A DNA stretch of 64,000 nucleotides from Anaerolineae bacterium (GTDB lineage Bacteria; Chloroflexota; Anaerolineae; Aggregatilineales; Ch27), in the NCBI GenBank assembly GCA_013178165.1, contig JABLXG010000003.1, positions 39,711-103,710 of the forward strand, given 5' to 3'. The position numbers were made by a program, and so were the translations under genes. Positions 10,312-19,929 of the stretch are shown piece by piece. Each line of letters opens with the position of its first letter. Positions within the stretch are counted from its first letter, which is position 1. Under the pieces are notes generated by a model. The model was not told the DNA's origin and ran no database searches. It saw only the letters and a program-made list of their open reading frames with translations.

Positions 10312-11772
10312 CTACTGCACCTGTGCGACCAGCACCGTCACCGAATGGGGCGGGAAGCTCATCTCCAGCGTATCCCCGGCGGCGGCAAGGGTGGTGTGGC
10401 TGACTCCCACCCGGTCGGGCGCCTCAAACGTATTTTCCGCCTTGATGTCCGCGCCGTTGATGGTGTACACGTCAACCGTCCCGGCCAGGCTGCCCGCCAC
10501 CAGCTTGATCGCCGTCTCCGCTGCCGCGTCCCGGCTGCGATTGACCACGAACAGGGCCATCTCGCGCCCGGCCTCGCGGTAGGTGCCGGCGACATCCAGC
10601 ACCCGCACGCCGGTGTGCCCGCCCCCGCTGAAGGTCTCACCCGTCCAGAACACATCCAGCGCCGCGTCGCCGCAGTGCGTGCTGTACAGCTCGAACGGAT
10701 AGAAGATCGTCTGCAGCACCAGGCCCTCTCTGTGCGTGCGGATGGGGGCGATCATGTTGACAATCTGGGCGATGTTGGCCATGCGCACGGTGCGGGCATG
10801 GCGAATGAAGGCATTGAAGTGCATAGCCGCCACCAGCGCATCTTCCAGATTGTAGATTTCCTCAATGCCTTCACTCAGGTCGGTGCGGTAGACCACGTTC
10901 CACTCGCTGACGGCAATAGCGATCTCGCGGTTAATCTGCCGGTCGAGTTTGACACCCCGGATCATGCCCTCGATGCCCGCCAGCCGTTCCTCGATTGTCT
11001 CTGAGACGGTCATGAAGGCGGCGAAGTCATCCGCCCGGTTGTTGAAGTACCAGTGAATGTCCACGTAATCCAGCAGGTCGCTCGCCTGCTCGATCAGCAG
11101 GCGGATGCGCTCCAGGACATCCCCCTCCCAGTGAGAGATGGCGGAGGCCACCAGCTTGATCTGCGGGTCGACCCACTTCATCACCTTGCCGAATTCAGTG
11201 AAGGCGCGGGCATATTCCTGCGGCGTCTTGTAGCCGATCTGCCAGTGACCATCCACCTCGTTGCCAATGCCCCAGTAGTGGACGTTATGCGGCGCGTCGA
11301 AGCCGTTCTCCCGGCGCAGGCGGGTGATGGCTGTATCGGCGGTGCCGTTGCAGTACTCCACCCAGTCCCGCGCTTCGCGCATGTCGCCATCGCCGCAATT
11401 GACCACCAGGAACGGCTCCGTCCCTACCAGACGGCAGAAACGGATGAACTCGTCCGTGCCAAAGTGATTGCTATCGACATTGTGCCAGGCCAGGTCCAGG
11501 CGGGCCGGACGCTTGTCGACCGGGCCGACACCATCCCGCCAGTGGTAGCCGGAAGCGAAGTTGCCGCCGGGATAACGCACCAGCGGCATGCGCAGCCGGC
11601 GCAGGGCAGCGATCACATCCGGGCGCAGGCCCCGCTTGTCGGCCAGCGGCGACTCCGGATCATAGATTCCGCCATAGATGCAACGGGCCATATGCTCCGC
11701 AAACCCGCCGAAAATGTTGCGATCGATGGTGGCCAGCGTATTTTCCAAGTTGACATAGATTCGATTGCGCAT
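10312..11772 (-). CDS. abfA: alpha-L-arabinofuranosidase, GH51
   Basis: NIFGGFAEHMARCIYGGIYDP...VRYPGGNFASGYHWRDGVGP and WGIGNE are hallmark GH51 motifs. 486 aa. Confidence 0.92.
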   Translation of the reverse strand: MRNRIYVNLENTLATIDRNIFGGFAEHMARCIYGGIYDPESPLADKRGLRPDVIAALRRLRMPLVRYPGGNFASGYHWRDGVGPVDKRPARLDLAWHNVDSNHFGTDEFIRFCRLVGTEPFLVVNCGDGDMREARDWVEYCNGTADTAITRLRRENGFDAPHNVHYWGIGNEVDGHWQIGYKTPQEYARAFTEFGKVMKWVDPQIKLVASAISHWEGDVLERIRLLIEQASDLLDYVDIHWYFNNRADDFAAFMTVSETIEERLAGIEGMIRGVKLDRQINREIAIAVSEWNVVYRTDLSEGIEEIYNLEDALVAAMHFNAFIRHARTVRMANIAQIVNMIAPIRTHREGLVLQTIFYPFELYSTHCGDAALDVFWTGETFSGGGHTGVRVLDVAGTYREAGREMALFVVNRSRDAAAETAIKLVAGSLAGTVDVYTINGADIKAENTFEAPDRVGVSHTTLAAAGDTLEMSFPPHSVTVLVAQVQ

Positions 11773-11979
11773 CGTCTTCCCCCTGCAACACGGAAAACCA
11801 GGTCATGGCGCCGGGCAATACGGCGTGACGCCGGGTATGCTACATCGGGAGCTGCAGATCGGCCAGAAAATCATCAGCCGGGCCTGTTCGAACCCTGACC
11901 GGAGGCGCTACAATCGGCGGGTGTGAGGTCACTGCGGCGACCGTCCTCCGGCGGAGGGCGGTCTGGAGGGGAGATTAAG

Positions 11980-13080
11980 ATGACTGTGGAATTCAACGGC
12001 CTGGGCATGAGCCTGGGCAACCTGGCCCGCCTGTCAAACGCCCAGACCCGCTCGATCAGCGCCGAGAATCCCACCGGCGCCAGGGGCGCGGGCGGCATGG
12101 CCACTGAAGGCACCGGCGCGATCGCCGCCCGTGAGCTGGGCCGGGGCTGGAAGATCTCGCCCTGTCTGGACCTGGCCGGGAGTAGCACTATCACCCTGGC
12201 CGAGATCGCCGGGCCGGGCGCCATCCAGCACATCTGGATGACCGTCACACCAACCGCCTGGCGACACCTGATCCTGCGCTGCTACTGGGACGGCGAGCCG
12301 ACGCCGTCGGTAGAAGTGCCGATCGGCGATTTCTTCTGCAACGGTTGGGGCGTGCGCGCGAATGTGAACTCCCTGCCCGTAGCTGTCAATCCAGCTGGTG
12401 GCTTCAACAGCTACTGGGAGATGCCCTTCCGCGCCAGCGCCCGGATCACGGTCGAGAACCTCTCGCCGGACCCGGTGCAGGGCTTCTTCTTCCAGATCGA
12501 TTACACACTGACCGACGTGCCCGCCGACCGGGCGTACTTCCATGCCCAGTTCCGCCGCAACAACCCGCTGCCCTACATGCAGGTGCATACCCTGCTGGAT
12601 GGCGTGCGCGGCCAGGGGCATTACGTTGGCACCTACCTGGCGTGGGGCACGCACAACAATGGCTGGTGGGGTGAAGGCGAGATCAAGTTCTACCTGGACG
12701 GCGACGACGAGTGGCCGACGATCTGCGGCACCGGGACGGAGGACTACTTCGGCGGGGCATGGGGCTTTGAGCAGCCCAAAGGCGAATACGGCATCTACTC
12801 AACACCTTTCCTGGGCTTTCACCAGGTGATCAGGCCCGATGGCTTCATGCAGAGCCAGCAGCGCTTCGGGATGTACCGCTGGCACATCATGGACCCCATC
12901 CGCTTCCAGCAGGACTTGCGCGTGACCATCCAGGCGCTGGGCTGGCGCGCCCCACGCGAGGGCAAAGGGCGCTTCCTGCCCCTCCAGGACGATATCGCCT
13001 CCACCGCCTTCTGGTACCAGACGGAACCGCACACCCCGTTCCCGGCCCTGCCGGATATCAATGGCCTGGAAGTGATCTAG
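11980..13080 (+). CDS. DUF2961 / GH172-family glycoside hydrolase
   Basis: The SISAENPTG...GAIQHIWMT...YWDGE pattern matches DUF2961 from memory. ATG 11980 follows GGAGGGGAG. The upstream in-frame ATG 11923 lacks an SD. Confidence 0.75.
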   Translation: MTVEFNGLGMSLGNLARLSNAQTRSISAENPTGARGAGGMATEGTGAIAARELGRGWKISPCLDLAGSSTITLAEIAGPGAIQHIWMTVTPTAWRHLILRCYWDGEPTPSVEVPIGDFFCNGWGVRANVNSLPVAVNPAGGFNSYWEMPFRASARITVENLSPDPVQGFFFQIDYTLTDVPADRAYFHAQFRRNNPLPYMQVHTLLDGVRGQGHYVGTYLAWGTHNNGWWGEGEIKFYLDGDDEWPTICGTGTEDYFGGAWGFEQPKGEYGIYSTPFLGFHQVIRPDGFMQSQQRFGMYRWHIMDPIRFQQDLRVTIQALGWRAPREGKGRFLPLQDDIASTAFWYQTEPHTPFPALPDINGLEVI

Positions 13081-13202
13081 TAGCGCGCGGATTCACGCAG
13101 ACCTGGCACGGATCGGGGCGACCAGGAAAATAACTGTGCCTGTAATTCCGGCCTCCCCATCCGTGCCAGCTGTGCCCCCTTGCGCTGATCAGGAGAAAAG
13201 CG

Positions 13203-14321
13203 ATGAGCCGCACTATCGGGATTGGCATCCTGGGCCTGCACGAAGGGCGCACCCTGCTCGTCGCCCTTAACCTGCCGGAGCCGCCGCCGGTCGGGGAGAA
13301 CCCTGCCGCCGTCCCCCGCACGCAGTATGCCCGCGCTGTCGCTGGCTGTGACCTGCGCCCGGAAAAGCTGGCGGAAGCCCGGCGGCTGGCCCCCGACCTG
13401 TTCTATACGACCGACTACGCGGCCATGCTGGCCCGCCAGGACGTGGATGTGGTCGCTATTTATACGCCCGACGCGCTACACGGCCAGCACATTATTCAGG
13501 CATTCGAAGCTGGCAAGGACGTGATCTGCACCAAGCCGCTGGTCAACAGCCTGGAAGATGCCCGCCGCGTGCTGGAAGCCAGTCGCCGCACGGGGCGGCG
13601 GCTGATGGTCGGCCAGAGCGTTCGCTTTTTCGAGCCGTTCATCCGCCAGCGCCAGGCCTACGAGCGCGGCGAGATCGGCGCGGTAGAGATGGTGGACGCC
13701 CACTATATCCACCGCATGGACTGGTACTACGCTAAAAGCCCCTGGGCCGTCGCCAGCACCGACTGGATCTTCCTGGGCGTCAGCCATCCCCTCGATCTAG
13801 CCCGCTGGTATCTCGGCCCGATCGTTGAGGTGCATGCTTACGGGACGCGCAGCGCCCTGGCGGCGCGGTACGGCGTGCAATCCTTTGACATCTACACTGT
13901 CAACCTGAAGGCCGCCAGTGGACAGATCGGGCGTGTGCTGGGCCACTACGGGCTGCACGAGCTGCCCTCCGCCCGCAACGCCATCGAGCTGATGCTCTAC
14001 GGCTCCGCCGGGAGTAGCCTGGCTCAGTACCACGACATGCGTTACCTGCACACCGCGCCGGACGGGACGCAGATCATCGAAGACCCGCTTTACCGCAAGC
14101 GGGCCTACTACTTCAACAATGAAGTGCACGGGATGCATTACGGCGAATTTGCCAACTACGCCGATGCCTTCGCCCGCGCCCTGCTGGAAGGCACGCCGCA
14201 CTCGCCCGACCTGATCGAAGGGCTGGAGACCGTCTGCGTCATGGAGGCAGCCCGGCGCTCCGCCAGCAGCGGCAGGCCGGTCGCCGTGGCGCCGTTGCTG
14301 GCGGAGATCGGCCTGGGCTAG
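13203..14321 (+). CDS. Gfo/Idh/MocA-family oxidoreductase
   Basis: IGIGILGLHEGR N-terminus, CTKPL motif, 372 aa, AGGAGAAAA SD. Confidence 0.8.
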   Translation: MSRTIGIGILGLHEGRTLLVALNLPEPPPVGENPAAVPRTQYARAVAGCDLRPEKLAEARRLAPDLFYTTDYAAMLARQDVDVVAIYTPDALHGQHIIQAFEAGKDVICTKPLVNSLEDARRVLEASRRTGRRLMVGQSVRFFEPFIRQRQAYERGEIGAVEMVDAHYIHRMDWYYAKSPWAVASTDWIFLGVSHPLDLARWYLGPIVEVHAYGTRSALAARYGVQSFDIYTVNLKAASGQIGRVLGHYGLHELPSARNAIELMLYGSAGSSLAQYHDMRYLHTAPDGTQIIEDPLYRKRAYYFNNEVHGMHYGEFANYADAFARALLEGTPHSPDLIEGLETVCVMEAARRSASSGRPVAVAPLLAEIGLG

Positions 14322-16648
14322 TCGGGATCAGCGAACTGGCTGTCCCTGTTGCCGCGCCCTGGCAAGAAGAACGCCCACCCCGGTTCCAGAACCGCCTGCC
14401 CGCCGGGGTAGATCACCGGCACCGGCTCATCTTCCGCGATCAGCGTCGTCACCTGGCCGTCGGTCGAAAAGCGCACCCGGCGGCCATGCCACAGGAAGCT
14501 GAAGCTCACCTCTCGCCAGGCGGCGGGCAGCACCGGCCAGCCGGTCAGGTAGACGCCGTCCTCGCGTAGATCGAGGCGGCAGAAACCATGCACGATCGCC
14601 AGCCACGCGCCGCCCATCGCCGCCGTATGGACGCCCAGATTCCAATGCGGCCCCGTCCCCAGCAAGTCCATCATCGCCGTGTGTAGGAAGTAGCGGTAGG
14701 CCCATTCCGTCCGACCCACGTCCGCCGCGACCAGCGCATAGGCCATCGGGCTGAGGCTGGAATCGTGGGCGGTGCGCGGCTCGTAATAGTCCCAGTTGGC
14801 CCGCTTGATCGCCTCCGGGTAGCGGTCACGCCACAGGTACATCAGCAGCACAACATCTGCCTGCTTGATGGCCTGCGTCGCCTGGAAGGGGCCGTGCGGA
14901 CCGCCCGGATGCAGATCGGGGTGAGCCAGCCGGGCGCGAACCTGATCCGGCGGGGCGTCTTCCAGAGCAAAGTAGCCGTCAAACTGCGGGATCACGCCGG
15001 TCTGCGGGTCCGGCTCCGGAACATACAGACGCTCCGCCACCCGTTCCCATAGCGCGATCTCGTCAGCGTCCAGCCCCAACCGGGCGCAGACTGTCGCGTA
15101 AGCCGCCGGGTCGTCGGCGCGGGTCTGCTCCAGCGCCGCCAGGGCGATGCGCAGGCAGTCTTGAGCCAGGGCGTTGGTGTAGGCGTTGTTGTCCACCCGT
15201 TCATGGTACTCGTCCGGCCCCAGCACCGTGCGCAATTCATAGCGCCCAGCCGCTTCATTCCAGATTGCACGGGAAACGAAGAAACGCGCCACCTCGCCGA
15301 TGATCTCCAGCCCATACCCGCGCAGGAATGTCCGGTCACCGGTCGCCCGGACGTACTGCCAGAGGGCATAGACCACATCGGCAGAGATGTGAATCTGCTC
15401 GTCGGCGAAGTAGCTACGCAGCTTCTGGCCGGTGCGCGGGTCAGTGAAGACATACAGAGCGCAGGTCTCGTCGCCGGTCTCCTGGCTCTGCCAGGCGTAG
15501 TACGCCCCCCGGAAGCCCAGGCCCTGCGCCTTGCGCCGTGCGCCGTCCAGCGTGTGGTAGCGGTAGAGCAGGCTGCGGCGGGCGTAGTCCGGCTGGGTGT
15601 AGATGTAAAACGGCAGTACGTAGATATCGCAATCCCAGAAGATCGATCCCCAGTAATCCTGACCCTGCAGGCCCCGCGCCGAAACGCTGACCCGATCCGA
15701 ATGCGGCAGGTTGGCCAGCAGATGGAACAGGCAAAAGCGGATGGCGATCTGCGCCCCTTCATCCCCGGCGATGACCACGTCTGAGGAGGCCCACAGGGCT
15801 TCCCAGGCGGCGCTGTGCATGGCGCGGATGGCCGCGTAGCCTGCCGCCTGGGCTGTTTCCAGTTCCCGGCGGGCCAGATCGACCGGATCGCCCTCAGAAA
15901 AGCGGCTGTCATAGACGGCGACCAGCTTGGTCAGCGCCACCGGTTCGCCCGCCGCCAGGCGAAATGTGCGAACCTGCTCCACCCGCCGGTCGGTCGCCGT
16001 GCGCTCCCGGCGGATGTCACTGCCACCTTCCAGCGCCAGGGTGGTCAGGACGGCCGCCCGGTAACGCTCCTGAATGGTGGTAATGGCGATGCCTTCCGGC
16101 AGCACATCTACCGTTGCGAAATGCGTCCCGGCGAAGCGATTGTTGACATCGGCGTCCACCGCCGAACGCACTGTCACCGTGCAGGGGGCGTCAGCCTGCA
16201 GCTGCCAGCGGATGGCGCCTAGATGCAGCTGGGCCATGCTGACCAGTCGCTCGCTTTCCAGCGTCACGGTTACGCCTTCCGGAGTCCGCCAGCGGGCCTG
16301 CTGCAACAATAGCCCGCTGCGCATGTCCAGCGTGCGGACATAGTCCTCCAGCAGGGGACTGTCTACGCCGAGCAGGTGCCCATCGACTTCCAGCGCCAGC
16401 GGCGTCCAGGCCGGGAGGTTGATCATCTCCCGGTCAAGGATGTCGCCGGTGGGCGAGTCGTACAGGCCATTGATGGTGTGGCCCATCACGCCCGGCAGGG
16501 TTGGCGGCAAACCCTCCGGCGCGCCGCGCACGCCCATGTAGCCGTTGGCCAGGGCGAAGACGGTTGCCTTGCTGACCTCGTCATCGGCGCTGTAGCCGGC
16601 CCGGTCGCGGATCCGCCAGCCATCCTCAAAGTCATACGTGTAAGCCAT
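14318..16648 (-). CDS. GH65 glycoside phosphorylase/hydrolase (kojibiose/maltose/trehalose phosphorylase family)
   Basis: 776 aa. ATVFALANGYMGVRG is the typical GH65 N-domain motif. An (alpha/alpha)6 central region is evident. Confidence 0.88.
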   Translation of the reverse strand: MAYTYDFEDGWRIRDRAGYSADDEVSKATVFALANGYMGVRGAPEGLPPTLPGVMGHTINGLYDSPTGDILDREMINLPAWTPLALEVDGHLLGVDSPLLEDYVRTLDMRSGLLLQQARWRTPEGVTVTLESERLVSMAQLHLGAIRWQLQADAPCTVTVRSAVDADVNNRFAGTHFATVDVLPEGIAITTIQERYRAAVLTTLALEGGSDIRRERTATDRRVEQVRTFRLAAGEPVALTKLVAVYDSRFSEGDPVDLARRELETAQAAGYAAIRAMHSAAWEALWASSDVVIAGDEGAQIAIRFCLFHLLANLPHSDRVSVSARGLQGQDYWGSIFWDCDIYVLPFYIYTQPDYARRSLLYRYHTLDGARRKAQGLGFRGAYYAWQSQETGDETCALYVFTDPRTGQKLRSYFADEQIHISADVVYALWQYVRATGDRTFLRGYGLEIIGEVARFFVSRAIWNEAAGRYELRTVLGPDEYHERVDNNAYTNALAQDCLRIALAALEQTRADDPAAYATVCARLGLDADEIALWERVAERLYVPEPDPQTGVIPQFDGYFALEDAPPDQVRARLAHPDLHPGGPHGPFQATQAIKQADVVLLMYLWRDRYPEAIKRANWDYYEPRTAHDSSLSPMAYALVAADVGRTEWAYRYFLHTAMMDLLGTGPHWNLGVHTAAMGGAWLAIVHGFCRLDLREDGVYLTGWPVLPAAWREVSFSFLWHGRRVRFSTDGQVTTLIAEDEPVPVIYPGGQAVLEPGWAFFLPGRGNRDSQFADPD

Positions 16649-16661
16649 CGCTCAGATTGCC

Positions 16662-17825
16662 TCAGCCATACACGCAGCGCTGCGCTTCATCGACAAAGGC
16701 GTGCAACAGGGCCGGATCGGCATCGAAGAAATGGTCGGAAGGCGAAAGAATGTAGCCACCGCCCACACCCGCCGCCTCAAAGCAACGTCGAACCTCGGCC
16801 CGTGTCTCCTCCGGTGTACAGCCGATAAAGAAATGGAACTGGTCAAAGCCGCCGATCATGCACACGCGGTCGCCGATGCGCCGCTTGGCCTCAGCCAGGT
16901 CAACATCGGCGCCCATGCTGGGCGGAGTGAAGGTCTCCATGGCGTCGGGGTTCATCGCTGCGATCTGTTCCAGGATGGGCATCATCCCACCACAGGTATG
17001 GTAGACGATGCGCTGGCCGACCCGGTGCGCTTCCTCGATCAGCGGCGCGTCATAGGGCGCGACAAACTCATCGAACATACGCGGGGAAATCACCGTCGTG
17101 GAGGCCGCGCCGCCGCCCAGTTCCAGCAGGTCATAGCGCGCCCCGGCCAGCGAGCGGATGAAGATCCGCTTGCGCTCCTGCAGCACCTTGAGCACGGTAT
17201 GGACCCAGGCCGGATCGTCATAGGCGTACAGAATGGCCTCCTGCGTCCCGACCATGCAGGTGAAATCCTGCCAGCAGCCGGGCTGGCCGTACACGTCAAA
17301 ACAGGGGATGTGAGCGCGCACCAGCCCGCGCTCGCCGAATTCGTCGGCGACGCGGTTGACCTCGTCCACATCACAGAGCGGCGCGGGTGCGTATTCGGCG
17401 ATCAGGTCGATGTCGGACTTCTGCTTGATAACGTACTCGGTCAGCCAGGAAGTCTGCTCGTTGCTCTGCAGGGTGCAGGTCAGCTTACCTTTGGGTGTCG
17501 TGATCGTATAGCGCTTGGTCGGGTACTGCTGGCCAGGGATTTCCTCCTCCGAGATGCGCCAGCGGTCAGACTGGACGGAGGCATCCTCCCAGGTCTCACC
17601 GTCGCGCCGGACCAGGTAATCGCCCTTGCCGGTATCCGCCTTGAAGGGCAGCACCCAGGTGATGGCATCGAAGCCGAAATAGTCAAAGAACGCCTGCGTG
17701 GAGATGCCGCCCATGTACTTCTTGAGGAAGTACTCCATCACGTGGTGGGTGGTCACCGGCAGACGATCCGGCACGCCCCTCTGCAGGGCGGTCAGCATCC
17801 GTTGTTTGGGGGTCATAGTGCTCAT
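16662..17825 (-). CDS. uroporphyrinogen-decarboxylase-fold (URO-D / MtaA-like) protein, paralogue 1
   Basis: TPKQRMLTALQRGVPDRLPV N-terminus and the YHTCG region are typical of the URO-D superfamily. Its start overlaps the GH35 stop (ATGA-type coupling, 17822..17825). Confidence 0.75.
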   Translation of the reverse strand: MSTMTPKQRMLTALQRGVPDRLPVTTHHVMEYFLKKYMGGISTQAFFDYFGFDAITWVLPFKADTGKGDYLVRRDGETWEDASVQSDRWRISEEEIPGQQYPTKRYTITTPKGKLTCTLQSNEQTSWLTEYVIKQKSDIDLIAEYAPAPLCDVDEVNRVADEFGERGLVRAHIPCFDVYGQPGCWQDFTCMVGTQEAILYAYDDPAWVHTVLKVLQERKRIFIRSLAGARYDLLELGGGAASTTVISPRMFDEFVAPYDAPLIEEAHRVGQRIVYHTCGGMMPILEQIAAMNPDAMETFTPPSMGADVDLAEAKRRIGDRVCMIGGFDQFHFFIGCTPEETRAEVRRCFEAAGVGGGYILSPSDHFFDADPALLHAFVDEAQRCVYG

Positions 17826-19918
17826 GCGGGAGTCTCCTTCTCCAGTCTGACGACAGTGCCACTGCGGGCAGGTAGATGCACGAACAGCGTTTCCGGGCTT
17901 TGGGGGTCAACCAGGAGCGCCTCACCGCCGAGTAGATCATGGGCGCACCAGGCACCACCGGCGAATGGCGCGGGGTGTAGCCACACCGCCGCATCTCGAT
18001 CTTCATCACTGAGGTTGAGGGCAATCACCACCCGCGTCTCGCCCGCCTGGAACAGGGCGGTGACGACGCCCGGCGTGCGCGCCCGGCTATACAGGGGCAC
18101 GTCCAGCCAGCGGTGCAGAGCCACCAGTAATTCCGGCCCCGGCGCCAGACCCAGGCAGATGATGCTGCCCGCCCCGCGCCGCTGGCGGTAACCGACAATG
18201 TAGGAGGTCCCCACCAGCAGGTTGATATGCAGGGCCAGTTCATCCCCGGCAGGCGGGGCATCCGGGATGCGCTCGGCAACGATCGGCTCGCCGGGCACAT
18301 CCCCGTAGGCGAAGAAAGCCGGGCTGCTGAGCGTCACCGGCTCGCCATCCCCCAGGTGAACGGCCAGTCGCTGCGGGTATCCGGCCCCCAGAATGCGCTC
18401 CGGCAGGCGCAGGCCCAGCCGGTTCAATGGGGAAAGCGTCTCATCCCGTACAGGCAAATCCTGGAAGAACACCAGCGTCCCGCCGCCCTCAACATAGGCC
18501 AGCAGGCGCTCCTGCGCGGCGGCGCTCAGCCAGTCGCCCCCGGCGTAAAGCAGCAGCGAGCGGGTGACCTGGCCGGTCTCCACGTCGCAGCAGTCATAGT
18601 CGATGTCGGCGGCCAGCAGCGCGTCCAGCAGGCGATCGCTTCCATCGATCAGGCGGCCATCCCCGGCCTGACGGCGGGCGGTCTGATGCAGCGGGTCGAC
18701 GGTGACCGCCGTGGCGCACAGCTTCTCCAGCGCAGGCGGGTCGATGGCCCGGAAAAGGGCGACAATGCGCTGGAAGACCTCAAAGAGTTCCGGTCGTGGG
18801 CGGCCCAACTCGTTGATCGGGCTGAGCAGCCAGTTATCCCGGTTGGCCAGCATGTACCAGTTCCAGCCAGCCGCCCCGCCCAGCAATGCGGCGCAGGCCG
18901 CCAGCAGGTAATGACCGGGTGTGATCGACCCGGTATAGTCCAGGCCGCCGTGCCAGATGCCAGCCTCGAATTCCGGGATGTATGGCAGCGCCGAGTAGCT
19001 CCGCGTATAACGCAGAACATGCAGGAACTGGCGCAATTCCTCCGGACGCAGGCGGAAGCCATCCGCCGGGTAGAGGTCCGGCCCGGCAATGTCGGCCAGC
19101 TCTTCCAGCTCCCGCCAGTTCTGGATGCCAAAATTGGTGTAGGTATTGACCAGGATCGGCACGTCAACACCCAGGGTGCGGTAGCCCTCAACGGTCCAAC
19201 GGACGGCCTCAGCGGTGCACCACATGCGGAAACGGCAGAAGTCCAGGTAGCGGTTGAGGTAGCCCCGCCCGGGGATGACCGGCTGCAGAACAGCCCGCGC
19301 CTGCTCAAAACGCTGCAGATCGGCCTCCCAGGCGGTGTTGAGCGCCGCCAGATCGCCGCCATAACGCTCCCGCAGATAGTCCTGGAACAGGCCCGGCGTC
19401 TGCCCCAGCCCAAGCTGGCCCTCGTAGATGTGCGGCCAGGGGTCCGGCTCGTTTTCCGCCTGGAACAGGATGACCGGCCCGCCGCGCGTCGCCAGATAGG
19501 GCAGGATGGCTTCCGTCGCCGCCGCCATGTAATCGCTGGCCGCCGCCCGGTATTCCGGGTGCAACCGGTGGTAGCGGGCGGCGCGGTCGGGCAGGCCGCC
19601 GTTGCGCCATTCGCTGTAGATGTAGGGGCCGGGGCGTAGCAACAACCACAGCCCCTCCGCCGCGACCATCTCCAGGAAGCCGGTCAGGTCGCGTTCTGGC
19701 GCCGTTTCCCCGCGGAAGTCAAAGCGCCCCGGCGCGATCTCGTGATGCTCCCAGCAGACATAGGAGGCCACACCCTCCAGGCCCATCTCCCGCACACGGC
19801 GCAGGACTTCCGGCCAAAGGCGCGGGTTCATCCGCCAGTAATGCACCTCACCGCTGAGCAGGGCATGGGGTTGCTCGCCCACCCATACACGCTTTGCGTT
19901 GATGTGTACCTGTGGCAT
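17822..19918 (-). CDS. GH35 beta-galactosidase
   Basis: LSGEVHYWRMNP...YVCWEHHE...RPGPYIYSEWRNGGLP matches GH35 signature blocks. Confidence 0.85.
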   Translation of the reverse strand: MPQVHINAKRVWVGEQPHALLSGEVHYWRMNPRLWPEVLRRVREMGLEGVASYVCWEHHEIAPGRFDFRGETAPERDLTGFLEMVAAEGLWLLLRPGPYIYSEWRNGGLPDRAARYHRLHPEYRAAASDYMAAATEAILPYLATRGGPVILFQAENEPDPWPHIYEGQLGLGQTPGLFQDYLRERYGGDLAALNTAWEADLQRFEQARAVLQPVIPGRGYLNRYLDFCRFRMWCTAEAVRWTVEGYRTLGVDVPILVNTYTNFGIQNWRELEELADIAGPDLYPADGFRLRPEELRQFLHVLRYTRSYSALPYIPEFEAGIWHGGLDYTGSITPGHYLLAACAALLGGAAGWNWYMLANRDNWLLSPINELGRPRPELFEVFQRIVALFRAIDPPALEKLCATAVTVDPLHQTARRQAGDGRLIDGSDRLLDALLAADIDYDCCDVETGQVTRSLLLYAGGDWLSAAAQERLLAYVEGGGTLVFFQDLPVRDETLSPLNRLGLRLPERILGAGYPQRLAVHLGDGEPVTLSSPAFFAYGDVPGEPIVAERIPDAPPAGDELALHINLLVGTSYIVGYRQRRGAGSIICLGLAPGPELLVALHRWLDVPLYSRARTPGVVTALFQAGETRVVIALNLSDEDRDAAVWLHPAPFAGGAWCAHDLLGGEALLVDPQSPETLFVHLPARSGTVVRLEKETPA

Positions 19919-19929
19919 TGCTCCCCCGA

